A stretch of 64,000 bases of DNA, from positions 32,001-96,000 of the IMG/VR virus record IMGVR_UViG_3300036715_002570. The stretch is one strand, 5' to 3'. Position 1 is the first letter of the stretch, and every line of letters starts with the position of its first letter. The position numbers and the translations under genes were made by a program. This document shows positions 46,683 to 57,319 of this stretch, in pieces. This DNA comes from a virus. Below the pieces are notes generated by a model that saw nothing but the letters and a program-made list of their open reading frames with translations, was not told the DNA's origin and did no database searches.

Positions 46683-47413
46683 GCGGACCAGGCAACGACA
46701 ATGAGTTTTCGAAGCAATCTTCAGAAATGAAGATTCCGTCTCAGTACGACAACCGTGATTGGGGCAAGGCGACAAAGATCGTCAAACGGAAGGTCACGAC
46801 AAAAGATAGCGGGGATCCATCGAAGGAGTATGGATCGAAGGCGATTATGACCAAAGAAGAACACAAGCCATCGTTTACCGACTTCCTACTGGGTGAAGGC
46901 TCTGACATTTCAACGCTGCCCGACTCAGTGATCGCTGAGATCAAGAAGAACATTCGCACAGGTGCCAAAGATTTGGTACAGAAGTGGAAGAATGCTCTTG
47001 AACTACTCCACAAAGCATATCAAGTTGCAAACGTTCGTCGCCCAACGCCTGATCAGAAAGGTGCTTGGAAGCAGTACAACGATCTGATTCAATTCGCTGT
47101 CCGTCAGCTAGTCGCAACACGCGGTCTAGATGGAGAGTGGCGCACGTCGCAAATCCTCGTCCGGGAGGACATGGAGCAGAACCATATTGGTTCGAAGCGT
47201 TTCTTTGTTGAAATTCCTGGTGAGCGTGCTCAAGAAGTTGATGGCAAGAATATGGACGAGATCATTGATGCGATCTCAAACAAGATCCGCAACAGCAAAC
47301 ACGTAACAGGAACAAAGGTTCGTGTTGAAGAGCGGTCCAAGGAACACGCGATTCTGACTGTGTGGGTCAACGACATCAAACGTGAACGGATTGTGATCAA
47401 ACAGGTATCGTAA
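46679..47413 (+). CDS. late protein
   Basis: ATGA coupling to the upstream gene. Confidence 0.6.
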   Translation: MSGPGNDNEFSKQSSEMKIPSQYDNRDWGKATKIVKRKVTTKDSGDPSKEYGSKAIMTKEEHKPSFTDFLLGEGSDISTLPDSVIAEIKKNIRTGAKDLVQKWKNALELLHKAYQVANVRRPTPDQKGAWKQYNDLIQFAVRQLVATRGLDGEWRTSQILVREDMEQNHIGSKRFFVEIPGERAQEVDGKNMDEIIDAISNKIRNSKHVTGTKVRVEERSKEHAILTVWVNDIKRERIVIKQVS

Positions 47414-47468
47414 CGCCTGAAAAAGACGGTGTAAATAAAATATCCTGACCTAACGGAAAGGATACACC

Positions 47469-47876
47469 ATGTCAATCATTTACGGTACATCAGCCTCCAC
47501 ACTAAAGTCTAACTTGCCACCGGTTGAAGAGTTGGGGTCGTGCCGCCACGACCCCGCTTTTTCTGGGGTTTACGACGCTTCTATGCTGTCAACGCTAGCA
47601 CATTACCGTAGTGTAATTCAACACCTAGAAACGGACCTCAACCAAAAAACGGGCCAAATTGCAAGTCTCCAGGCTCGTGTAATCAAGATGGGTCGTGAAA
47701 TGTGTGACAATCAGCCACGGAATAGTATGGTAATCAACAATATTGTTGAGCAACTGACCCACGGAGAACTGACGAGTCGCGACGTTGAAGCATACCGCAA
47801 TGTTGGTGGGCGGATCGCCTTGCGTTGGGCTGAAGACCCAATTGAAGCTTACGATCGCGCAATGAAGGTTTGTTGA
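47469..47876 (+). CDS. hypothetical protein with C-terminal AYDRAMKV tag
   Basis: ORF, AAGGA RBS. Confidence 0.6.
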   Translation: MSIIYGTSASTLKSNLPPVEELGSCRHDPAFSGVYDASMLSTLAHYRSVIQHLETDLNQKTGQIASLQARVIKMGREMCDNQPRNSMVINNIVEQLTHGELTSRDVEAYRNVGGRIALRWAEDPIEAYDRAMKVC

Positions 47877-47925
47877 TCTTTAGTTCATATGCATAAATAG
47901 ATATGTACCAATTTAGGAGGTGCAT

Positions 47926-48684
47926 ATGAACTCAAAGCGAGGCGGTAGCCGAAAGAAGTGGACAAATGAGGTTATTGACGAATTTCTTCGTGGTGGTACA
48001 TTTGTCCGTCTAACAGATACTACAAATGTATCCCAACCGTCAACGACTCCACTGCAGTGGAAGTGCAATACTTGCAGCCATATATGGCTCGCGCGCGTTG
48101 ACAACATCGTTTGGAAACGATCAGGGTGTCCTAGGTGTGCAGGTAACGTTGCGTACACCATTGAGACCTTTCAATCTAAGTTGGCGGTGCAGGACCGTAC
48201 TGATCTCCGTGCTGTTGCATTACATCCATCATCAGCTACCGAAAAATACAGAATGGCTGATTTTGAATGTTTAAACTGCAACCACACTTGGTCCGCCAAC
48301 GTATTCAACGTGCTGAAATTTAGATATGGTTGTCCACTGTGTAATGATAACGTTAGTTCCCGCGTAGTAGACGCATCTGGAAACAAGTTTCATTCGAAAC
48401 TTGAGTACTATTTCTGGAAGCAGTACCAATCAATTCCCGGATTGCCCACTGTGATTCGCCAGCAGAGATATCTAAGTGTGAGGAGATTGACGTGCGACTA
48501 CTTTATTCCTGAATTGCAGTGGTGGATTGAGGTTAGTGGAACGGTTCTCCTTAACCAAGGCAAATATTCTTCAACCATAGAAGAGAAGCGTCAGATCACC
48601 CTTGATAAGGGGCATCGCTTTACAGTACTGTCATCTTTCATGGAAATAGATGCTTTCATAACTAAAATAAAGGATAGAGCATGA
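47926..48684 (+). CDS. Zn-ribbon plus PD-(D/E)xK/DUF559-type endonuclease
   Basis: Two C..C.H.W...GCP.C repeats, F.SKLE, CDYFIP...WIEV; own late promoter. Confidence 0.75.
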   Translation: MNSKRGGSRKKWTNEVIDEFLRGGTFVRLTDTTNVSQPSTTPLQWKCNTCSHIWLARVDNIVWKRSGCPRCAGNVAYTIETFQSKLAVQDRTDLRAVALHPSSATEKYRMADFECLNCNHTWSANVFNVLKFRYGCPLCNDNVSSRVVDASGNKFHSKLEYYFWKQYQSIPGLPTVIRQQRYLSVRRLTCDYFIPELQWWIEVSGTVLLNQGKYSSTIEEKRQITLDKGHRFTVLSSFMEIDAFITKIKDRA

Positions 48685-49529
48685 GTAAATTTGTCAAGCA
48701 ACCGTCGTTTTGCTACATTGCCCCAACAGCATATCTGAAAGACTATGCCACGGCAAGCAAGACGCATCTCGTGCTTGCACACTTAGTTGACTCTGATGAA
48801 GGTTATGCGGCGTTTTACCACGAACGTTCCGCCGCAGGAGACTTCATTATGGCAGACAACAGCGCCTATGAACTTAAGGAACCTTACTCGCCGGATAAGT
48901 TAATCGAATTAGGTCACAAGTGCGGCGCGAATGCGATTGTTCTCCCTGACTATCCGTTCCAGCCGAGCATCACAACGATTCATGCCGCTGAGAAGTTTGC
49001 TCCTCTGTTCAAGGCTGCCGGGTTCCACACGTTCTTCGTTCCTCAGTCGCAACCAGGGGATCTTGAAGATTGGATTCACGCATATACGTGGGCTGATCAG
49101 AACCCCGACATCGACATCATCGGCATGTCGATCCTCGGCATCCCCAACGCCATGCCTCACATCGAGCCCGCCTACGCTCGCGTCGTGATGACGCAATTGC
49201 TGAAGGACCGTGGCATCTTCTCTTCCAAGCATCACCACTATCTTGGTCTCAATTCTGGTCCTGCGCTAGAAGTTCCGTCCTTGCTGCGGATGGGCGTGCT
49301 GGACACGATCGATAGCTCAAATCCTGTATGGATGGGCATTCTTGGTCATGAATACACCAAGAACGCTGATTCGTTCCTGGCTACGCGCAAGATCAATCTT
49401 CCCGTTGACTTCAGTCAGAAGCTGACGCGTGACAAGGCTACGATGCAGCGCATTGCAAACAATGTCGCTCTGACGCAAGAGCTGTTCAACATTCCACAGG
49501 TAATCTCTCCTTGGTACGCCCAGGAGTAA
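48681..49529 (+). CDS. TGT/DpdA-like TIM-barrel protein (putative deazaguanine transglycosylase)
   Basis: DNSAYE, VLPD, HHYLG, DTIDSS motifs; queD and queE nearby. Confidence 0.6.
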   Translation: MSKFVKQPSFCYIAPTAYLKDYATASKTHLVLAHLVDSDEGYAAFYHERSAAGDFIMADNSAYELKEPYSPDKLIELGHKCGANAIVLPDYPFQPSITTIHAAEKFAPLFKAAGFHTFFVPQSQPGDLEDWIHAYTWADQNPDIDIIGMSILGIPNAMPHIEPAYARVVMTQLLKDRGIFSSKHHHYLGLNSGPALEVPSLLRMGVLDTIDSSNPVWMGILGHEYTKNADSFLATRKINLPVDFSQKLTRDKATMQRIANNVALTQELFNIPQVISPWYAQE

Positions 49530-49543
49530 AAAGAAGAAAAACC

Positions 49544-50137
49544 ATGTTGATTGACGTAAAAGCACTTGCTGAAGACTACACATACGTAGGTATCGTCGAA
49601 CGAACAATCGGTAAGCTGATCGGGAATCTCGTAGACCTTCCCGTCACAGACTTCACTGAAGATGTCGCTCGTCCAGAATATGACTTCCTCGTAGGCGATC
49701 TGCCTGTGGAGTTGAAGATTACAGACGGGTTCATGATCCCCGTGGAAATGTCGAAGGGCGAAGATGGATCCGTGCCATCTGGAGTTGCCGTAACCAAGGC
49801 ACCGTACGTCCTGTACATTTCTAACGGGCGAGCTCGCGACGAAGAAGGTGAAGGCCATCCTGCTGCGAAGGTCCGCCTGTTTGAGACAAATTGGCTGATC
49901 AAGACAGCCAAGCAAATCGAACCACGTCGCTTCAAAGGCCCGAAGGCCTCTGAGGATGCCAATGTCCACTATATCAAGGGCCCTTGGCACAACAAGGATA
50001 TCTGGCTCGGTGACATGCAGTATGCAGAGTCTGGTGGCAGGTGGTTCATTGACACAGACACATTCACACCGTCGCGACAAGCGATCGGTGCAATCCAACT
50101 CTTAGAACAGGAGTACCGTGATGGCTCTTTTGACTGA
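49544..50137 (+). CDS. PD-(D/E)xK-like hypothetical protein
   Basis: PEYDFLV...VELKI. Confidence 0.45.
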   Translation: MLIDVKALAEDYTYVGIVERTIGKLIGNLVDLPVTDFTEDVARPEYDFLVGDLPVELKITDGFMIPVEMSKGEDGSVPSGVAVTKAPYVLYISNGRARDEEGEGHPAAKVRLFETNWLIKTAKQIEPRRFKGPKASEDANVHYIKGPWHNKDIWLGDMQYAESGGRWFIDTDTFTPSRQAIGAIQLLEQEYRDGSFD

Positions 50138-50438
50138 ACGACAAGTGTTTGCGGCAATTAGCCAAGAACGACAACACCAACGCAACAAGTACGGTCCTGA
50201 CCGTCAGCAATCGTTACCAGGCTTCCTGCTGATCGCCAAGCGTGAGCTCGACGAGGCAATTGAAGGCTGGAATAAGGACGGCGAAGGCCGCGATTCCCCG
50301 CTCTACGAGCTGTGCCAAGTGGCAGCCGTCTGCGTCGCAGCGATGGAGAAGTATGGCACGATCGGCAACACGATCTCAACAGACGATGTACCCGATACAC
50401 CAATTCAACCGTTTGCGGTTGTCTCCAATATCGTGTAA
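50118..50438 (+). CDS. MazG-like protein
   Basis: ER..Q..KYG...E..EA...EL.QVAAV.VAAME. Confidence 0.55.
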   Translation: MMALLTERQVFAAISQERQHQRNKYGPDRQQSLPGFLLIAKRELDEAIEGWNKDGEGRDSPLYELCQVAAVCVAAMEKYGTIGNTISTDDVPDTPIQPFAVVSNIV

Positions 50439-50470
50439 GCTAGTCATCTAACTCTAACAAGGACACATAG

Positions 50471-51088
50471 ATGTTCATTAATCCAAAGACCGTTATCGAA
50501 AACGGCTGGGTCACGCGTAGTGACTGTAAGACATACCAGGATTGGGATGACCGCAAGTTTGTCAGCCCCAATGCAATTGACTTTACGCTTGATAGTCTTA
50601 AAGTGCTGGGCAGCGGATCGCCCGCTGTTATCTCTGAACATAGTAAGACTATGCGTCAGCTACACTCCGTAGCTACAAATCAAGACGGGAACTGGCACCT
50701 TAATCAAGGTGTAGTATATGATGGTGTTAGTACCACCTACGTCAAGGTTCCGGAAGGTATGGCAGCGTTGCTATATGTCCGTTCTACGCTTGCGCGTAAT
50801 GGCACATTCTTAATCAGCGGGATTTTTGACGCTGGTTATGAAGGTGCGTGCGGGTTTACGCTATACCCAATGGGGGGGAACATTGCGATTGAGCCTGGGA
50901 CACGAGTAGGCCAAATTGCATTCATTGATGCAGGAACTGCCAAGATGTATGCAGGAGGATACAATCATGCCCCTGACACGCATTATACAGAGCCTGCAGA
51001 TTCTAAGGAAAAGAGTGCTAAAGGTTCAGGTAAGGTAAGCAAAGCGGTCACCACCGACATCCAATCGCTTTCCGGAACAGCAGGCTGA
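50471..51088 (+). CDS. dCTP deaminase / trimeric dUTPase family
   Basis: PNAIDF, RSTLARNG, FDAGYEG, GTRVGQI, Y.GGY. Confidence 0.85.
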   Translation: MFINPKTVIENGWVTRSDCKTYQDWDDRKFVSPNAIDFTLDSLKVLGSGSPAVISEHSKTMRQLHSVATNQDGNWHLNQGVVYDGVSTTYVKVPEGMAALLYVRSTLARNGTFLISGIFDAGYEGACGFTLYPMGGNIAIEPGTRVGQIAFIDAGTAKMYAGGYNHAPDTHYTEPADSKEKSAKGSGKVSKAVTTDIQSLSGTAG

Positions 51089-51940
51089 TACTGCGCCAAT
51101 ATTGTGACCTGTAGCTTTAGCAGCAGACGTAACGGACACAAAAGTCTGACTCGTATTGAGGTGTACGACTGGCTTTCGTACCTCAATGGTAGGTCGCACT
51201 GAGCCTGGTGAGACATTGAGGTACGTCCACATAAAACCAACCGCCTGACGGACATAACCCTTCAGGCAATCATTAATGGTTGAAGCGTCACACTTACACA
51301 CTTGCGCTGCTTCTGATTGGGAGGAGAATTTATTAATAAATTCTCCTCCCAATGACCATTGGTAAACGGGTCGTACCTTAGAGCGCAGCTTTGGTGGTAT
51401 TCCCTTATATGCCCATATGAATCCTTTGTATGATGCTTCTTTGTGAGAGCAGCAAGCACTAATGGTGGAGTAATTACTCCACCCGTTGAGCCGCATCGCC
51501 TCCTTAGCATTTTTGTACTCGGCTACAAATTCTCCAAATAGATTATACTGACAAACGGGTATTCCTTCGGACGTGTTGCCTTCGCCTCCGTTGCATATAT
51601 TAGTGAGTATGCCGGAGCCAGTTGACCGCTGTCCGTAGAGCTCAATTAACCTGCGTTCATCAGTAAAGGCATCATCTTCCGTATTAAACGTGGAGATGAT
51701 CCGAACTATCACTTGCATACCATTGTTGATGATTTGAGCAATCGTTGCAGCTTTGTGGGGGTTTGATTGGTTGGCTTTGGCATTGTTTCGCATCAACACG
51801 TGCTTCCACGCTCGATTATCCCGACCTTTCCCAACGTAAAATGGTTGCATAGTAGCTGGGTTAACTAGTTCATACGTATAAAAATTGTTTGATTGAAAGT
51901 CGTGGTTAGCCTGATTTTCAATCAAGTAGTGCTTTGCCAT
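51026..51940 (-). CDS. GIY-YIG homing endonuclease with NUMOD1 repeats
   Basis: YTYELVNP...FYVGKG, GILTN; own late promoter; overlaps the dcd 3' end. Confidence 0.88.
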   Translation of the reverse strand: MAKHYLIENQANHDFQSNNFYTYELVNPATMQPFYVGKGRDNRAWKHVLMRNNAKANQSNPHKAATIAQIINNGMQVIVRIISTFNTEDDAFTDERRLIELYGQRSTGSGILTNICNGGEGNTSEGIPVCQYNLFGEFVAEYKNAKEAMRLNGWSNYSTISACCSHKEASYKGFIWAYKGIPPKLRSKVRPVYQWSLGGEFINKFSSQSEAAQVCKCDASTINDCLKGYVRQAVGFMWTYLNVSPGSVRPTIEVRKPVVHLNTSQTFVSVTSAAKATGHNIGAVSACCSGKRLDVGGDRFAYLT

Positions 51941-52278
51941 CCCATGTCTCCTATAAACCCAGTTGAAGGTATTTATGGGTTGGTGCATAATCAATTTGTG
52001 ATTCTCACAAAAACAACAAGAAAGAGAAGAAAATGACCACAGAACAATCCTCTCCTGATGTCACTCTGGACATCATGAAGCAGCTGGCACTCCAAATTCA
52101 GAACCACGAAAAGCAAATCCAATATCTGATTATTCAGGTCCAGAACCTGTATGCTCGTCTTGGATTGGTGCCACTTGACGTGACAGCCGTCACGCAAACG
52201 CGCTCAACGCGCACGGAAACCGGCATGGGCGTTCTGCCAGGTGCCGACCAAACATCGTACCTGTAAGCGGAGTGGAAC

Positions 52279-52902
52279 ATGGCAGACAAGAAGCCTCGCG
52301 GCTACATTGATTTCGTCTTGTTCTGCGATGCAGAGACAAGCGGAATTGCTTTTGGATCTCTCGATCCGACGAAGGGTGCTGATGGTACTACGTACCAGGC
52401 TGTGTCGTTCGGCTTCGTTGTCGCTAGCGCTCGCACGCTAGAAGCAGTTGAGAAGCTATACGTTGAGATCAAGTGGAATGGTGAGAGTGCGTGGTCAAAG
52501 GAAGCCGAAGGCGTCCACGGCCTATCACTCGCCTACCTGGAAGAGAACGGTATGGTGGAAGAGGACGCTGTTGTCGAGATTGCGTCGCTAATCCTGAAGT
52601 ACTGGGGTCCTGACAGTCCAATCTGCCTTGGCGGCCATAATGTTGGCACGTTCGACAAGTTCTTCCTCGCCGATCTGTGTGCTCGACATGGCATCAATCT
52701 GAAGTTTGGAAGCAAGACAATCGACACAAATTCGATTGGATTCGCTACGTTTGGCACCCACAACTCTGACGATCTGTTTGAGATGGTTGGTCTGCCGAAG
52801 CGTGATCCTGCAAAGCACAACGCTCTGACGGACGCTGATAACGCGCGTCGCGCAGTTCAAGTCGTTCGTCGGTTGTTCTCAACCGTGCTAGACGGGGAGT
52901 AA
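52279..52902 (+). CDS. DEDDh 3'-5' exonuclease
   Basis: DAETSG, GHNV.FD, IDT, HNAL.DA. Confidence 0.88.
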   Translation: MADKKPRGYIDFVLFCDAETSGIAFGSLDPTKGADGTTYQAVSFGFVVASARTLEAVEKLYVEIKWNGESAWSKEAEGVHGLSLAYLEENGMVEEDAVVEIASLILKYWGPDSPICLGGHNVGTFDKFFLADLCARHGINLKFGSKTIDTNSIGFATFGTHNSDDLFEMVGLPKRDPAKHNALTDADNARRAVQVVRRLFSTVLDGE

Positions 52903-53231
52903 ATGGGAACCTCTTCGCAGGGATACGAAACGCTCAAAGCTCTGGCGGGAGATCATCTGATCTCCCCCATAACCGACTATCACAATAATCGATCACTGTT
53001 ATCATTCTCGTGCTCTTGCGGCCGAATCTTCCATGCAACGAAGTATTTGTACGAGAAGAGTCGTGATGACCTGATCAGCTCTGGAATTACGATGGATAAG
53101 GTTGTGCGGAAGCTACAGCTCAAATTCAAGAAAGCTAAAATACATCCCGTCGTCTTTGATGATGAAAATAGCGACGGCGTTGCCTTTATTCGCCCCCACC
53201 CAAAGCAATGGATCGTTTTCCCGTACGAGTA

Positions 53232-53438
53232 ATGGTGTACAACCTCATACACATTGTAAAGGATTTCTTAACGGGCAACCTGCGGTCTGCCCCAAAGGAA
53301 ACGATCGACAAGCGGGTAGCGATCTGTAATTCTTGCGAGGTTCGCAATGAGGTACTCAATACGTGTACCGCATGCGGATGTTTTATCGCAGCCAAGACAA
53401 AGCTAGAGAAGTCCACCTGCCCGTTAGAGCTGTGGTAA
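53232..53438 (+). CDS. small Cys-rich protein
   Basis: R..IC..C...C..CGC...KTK....CP...W. Confidence 0.6.
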   Translation: MVYNLIHIVKDFLTGNLRSAPKETIDKRVAICNSCEVRNEVLNTCTACGCFIAAKTKLEKSTCPLELW

Positions 53439-53822
53439 TTTGGCTACCGTTGATCTTTTACCCCCTATTAGCGTATGATTGAAGCAACGAACTCTATGGA
53501 GCTGCGAATGAGCTCAGTTGATAAGATGCTGGACGGCGATGAGTTGATTGTCCAGCAGATCTCGAGCAACGAAGGACCGATGGCCGCAAAGCGCTACGTG
53601 CAGCAATTCAACAATGCATGCATGCAGATGTGCGGCTTTGAAGATGCGCTGGAAGAGATCGAACACCGTTTCAAGGCTACAGGCATTGGTTTCTTTGCGT
53701 CCGTACACAGTCTATCGTATACGACGCATTGATTAGGGTTTGTTGATCGATCGCCCCGAAGTGGGTAGAATTGATAACGATCCCACCCAATTTTGCAGGG
53801 AACACAGACAGAGGAGATAGAC

Positions 53823-54371
53823 ATGACCAAACCCACCATGAGCTGGCCGGAGCGTTTTGCGCTTCTGGATCACTACAAGCCGCAAGATTCGCAGGTGTGC
53901 AGCGCCTTCAACATCACCAAGGACGAGCTCGACGTTGCTCGTATGATGCGTGATGCTGGCGTGTTCGCTCCGTCGAAGACGCTTGACGTTGCGGCATATG
54001 CCAACGTGTTCTCCGCCAACCCCGGTTCCGAACCGACGGTGGCGACGCCAACGATCGGCAAGTCCAACAAGAGTCGTACTGGGGGGTCGACGACGCACGT
54101 CAAGCCGGAGAGCGTGTCCAAGCGCGTCAAGGTTCCGCAGAAGCGTGGTCGCAAGGGTAGCAAGATCGCCACCGCCCTGCTCGCTGTGACGACGACGCAA
54201 GTGCCGGTCGAGACGTTCATCGCCCAGCATGGCGTTTCGCTCGCAGTCCTGCGTCAGAGCAAGCGGTTCATTGATACCCTCGACCCGGCGCTCCAGAAGC
54301 AGATCGGCCGCGTCAACGTCCGCCAGGACGCAGCGACGAAGCGGCTGATGATCTGGCGTGAAGACGTATGA
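53823..54371 (+). CDS. hypothetical basic protein
   Basis: GGAG RBS, KRGRKG.KI motif. Confidence 0.6.
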   Translation: MTKPTMSWPERFALLDHYKPQDSQVCSAFNITKDELDVARMMRDAGVFAPSKTLDVAAYANVFSANPGSEPTVATPTIGKSNKSRTGGSTTHVKPESVSKRVKVPQKRGRKGSKIATALLAVTTTQVPVETFIAQHGVSLAVLRQSKRFIDTLDPALQKQIGRVNVRQDAATKRLMIWREDV

Positions 54372-54691
54372 TGGCTGACGATACAGTCCAGATCGTTGGC
54401 CGGCGTGCTGACGGCACGGAAGTTGTAGTCGGGGAGGCACTGATGCCTCCTTTGATGAAGGCTCGGGAGCTGGCGCGTGAGATGTTTGGGGGCGACCCCG
54501 CTGACGACACCAGCGACACGGCAATGGCGTTCTGGGTGTGCGAGAACTTCTACAACTGGCTGGTCTCAACTGGCCAACTGAAGCCGGGGTTGTTCGGCGT
54601 CCAGGTACGGTAGCCAACGTAGAGTTTCCGTAAAGGCGTGCACGGGGCACGCCTTTACTTTTTGTGTGAACTGATATATAGTTGATCAACA

Positions 54692-55315
54692 ATGAGTTGG
54701 TCAATGGCGACAGAACAACAACTAAAAACGCTTGACAAATACGTAGACACGATCCACGAACTACTGATTGATCAGATCGAAGGCTTCCGCGTAAACCCTG
54801 CTCGACAACTGACGACCAATCGTCAGATATTTGTCCGAATGCTCGGCCAATTGCTGTATGAAGCACCACGCTTACATACTGGCAAGGTCAGCATCCGTAT
54901 GGTTGAAGAGAAGTTAAAAGACTTCACAGCCAAGGCATGCTTTGAACACCACCAAAGTCGTCAAAAAGGTGGCAAAGCCTTCCTGCATTTAGTTGACGCA
55001 GCAGTACGTACGGGTGTCAACCCAACCGTAGAACAGGTGCGCGCAATCGCTCTGGTCTACTGTCAAGTCCATTATACGACCGCACAGGAGAATGCGCAGC
55101 TTCGAAAGCACCAGCGCAGATGCTCTAGTGAGGCCGCTTACCGCCGTGCCAACATTCCCCTAATTGAGGCACGCGACCTGTTCACGAAGCTGGGACGACA
55201 CTCTGAACAGTGGAAGCGTACAATGATCGCAAAATACCAACCGATCATTGATGCATACAACACACCTGCGGTTAGCATACAGCCATTACCCGAAATGCCG
55301 ATTGTCATCAACTGA
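54692..55315 (+). CDS. hypothetical protein
   Basis: ORF. Confidence 0.55.
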   Translation: MSWSMATEQQLKTLDKYVDTIHELLIDQIEGFRVNPARQLTTNRQIFVRMLGQLLYEAPRLHTGKVSIRMVEEKLKDFTAKACFEHHQSRQKGGKAFLHLVDAAVRTGVNPTVEQVRAIALVYCQVHYTTAQENAQLRKHQRRCSSEAAYRRANIPLIEARDLFTKLGRHSEQWKRTMIAKYQPIIDAYNTPAVSIQPLPEMPIVIN

Positions 55316-55617
55316 TTGGGTTATTGTGGTGGCCACTTCCACCTGCTCCGGTGAAGTAACACTTGCTCCATTTTAATGGCCTGATCTAAGGAGACGACGG
55401 TAGATATAATTTCTTCGCGGTTGTAAGCCTTGTACCGTGCATCTTGCACTTGATCTCAACAGTAGTGCTGGCGTTGATATATATAACCTTATCGCAATCG
55501 TACCGATTGCTGTGCACCCGTTGTGACAGTTCTACAAATTGCTTCTGGGTTAACGCTGATGGTAGTATAATCACCTATAATCAAATCTGTCCCTATCTAT
55601 CGAATCGGAGGCACTAA

Positions 55618-56514
55618 GTGGCAAAATACGAATGGTCTGAAGTTTTCTACTCTATTGAAGGGGAGGCCAAATATGCTGGGCGGCCTACTGTCTACGCGCG
55701 GTTCGCTCTGTGCAATTTCCAGTGCAAAGGATTCGGCAATCCTGAGAAATTGGATACCACAAAGATTGATGTTCTCGGATTCAACCCCGCGGACTACAAA
55801 GACATCTACTCAATCCCTCTAATTACGAGGGGGTGCGACTCCATCTATTCATGGGATCCAAAGTTCAAGCATATGTGGCGGAAGACGGATGAGCATGAGC
55901 TGGCACAAGAATTGCTGAACGTTCTTCCGAACAAATCCTTTATTCAACCATCAGGCCAGCGCGTGATCTTGTCCTTGACGGGAGGAGAGCCAACTCTCCG
56001 TGCCAAATTCCTTCCAGCACTATTCAACGCTGCGGAGTTGTCGGACGTGAAGCATATCCTGGTAGAGACAAACTGCGCCGTTCCTCTGAAGCGTGATTTC
56101 ATGATGGAAATCAACGCATGGCTTGCAGCAGACGCGGAACGAAAGTGGACGTGGAGTAATTCACCCAAACTGTCTGTCTCAGGAGAGGAGTGGGATGAAG
56201 CGATTCGCCCTGAAATCGCCGTGATGCAACGGTTGGCTACCAGCCGTGAGTTTCAGCCACAGCAGGTTGATCAGTATTTCAAGTTCGTTTGTGACCCAAC
56301 CGACGAAAGCTTCAATGAAGTAGCGAAGGCTATGGAAGAGTACTACACGGCTGGAATCCCCCGAAACACAGAGGTATACATCATGCCCGTGGCGTGCCAA
56401 GACACAGACCAGTCGGCGATTTCTTCAGCGGTGGCACAGCAATGCATGACTCGTGGATATATCTACTGTCACCGTGTTCACCTTGATGTGTTTGGTAACG
56501 CACCAGGAACCTGA
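55618..56514 (+). CDS. queE: 7-carboxy-7-deazaguanine synthase (radical SAM)
   Basis: EVFYSIEGE, CNFQC...GCDS with insertion, LTGGEP, ETN, SPKL, RVH. Confidence 0.85.
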   Translation: MAKYEWSEVFYSIEGEAKYAGRPTVYARFALCNFQCKGFGNPEKLDTTKIDVLGFNPADYKDIYSIPLITRGCDSIYSWDPKFKHMWRKTDEHELAQELLNVLPNKSFIQPSGQRVILSLTGGEPTLRAKFLPALFNAAELSDVKHILVETNCAVPLKRDFMMEINAWLAADAERKWTWSNSPKLSVSGEEWDEAIRPEIAVMQRLATSREFQPQQVDQYFKFVCDPTDESFNEVAKAMEEYYTAGIPRNTEVYIMPVACQDTDQSAISSAVAQQCMTRGYIYCHRVHLDVFGNAPGT

Positions 56515-56809
56515 GGGAACAAAATGATCAACAGCCTAATCACGATCAATGACAAGTCGTACCAAGTACCGGCTACATCACGCCTGGATGCGACAGATCT
56601 CGCCGTCCTAGACGACCGCGCATGTGGGAAAAGTGCTATCAGTGTTCATGATCTCCAAGAGGCTGTGCAGGGTCGCCGATTTACTGAAGATGCCAGCTAT
56701 AGTCATAACTTCAGTGCTACAAGAGCAGAGCGAGCTCGCTCCACAGAGAAACAATGTCGTGAAGCTATCACGATGATCCGTCAGACCTTCACACAACAAG
56801 CGAGGTAAC

Positions 56810-57319
56810 ATGATTCCCGCCGGTTCAATTCACCAAAGCCACTTTGACCAAGAAGAAGGACCCTGGTGCAAACAGGTCCTTCTGTACTCTCCCGACAACG
56901 GTGGAGACAATCCAGACAACCGCATTGATTTGTATGCTGGGGAGCCTCAACGCTTGTCAGACGAGCGAATCATCGAGCTAGCGAAGAAAATCCTACGGCG
57001 AGACATCTTTGCGGGCTCTGCTCTAGCAGTATTTGCTCGAGCTGTTGAACAAGAAGCCACACAGCTACCAAAGGTGGAGAAGCTGCAAATGGTCAGGATC
57101 ACAATCAACGGAAAGCCTCACTTGGTATACAACAGGCCAATGACGTACTATGACGTTGTTCGCTTGGCATGGGGTGAAGGAGATCACCCACTGTTGACGG
57201 TGACGTATGCGAGCGAACATTGCAGTGGACTGCTTGCGCCTGGTACGAACCGGCGAGAAGCGTCTGTTGTTCCGTGTGACAATATGCACTTCTGTGCTGT
57301 TCATACAGGGAACGCTTAA
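56810..57319 (+). CDS. protein with C-terminal multi-ubiquitin-like domain
   Basis: ITING......MTY.DVVRLA....TVTY....G.L.PG....V....M.F..V.T. Confidence 0.6.
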   Translation: MIPAGSIHQSHFDQEEGPWCKQVLLYSPDNGGDNPDNRIDLYAGEPQRLSDERIIELAKKILRRDIFAGSALAVFARAVEQEATQLPKVEKLQMVRITINGKPHLVYNRPMTYYDVVRLAWGEGDHPLLTVTYASEHCSGLLAPGTNRREASVVPCDNMHFCAVHTGNA

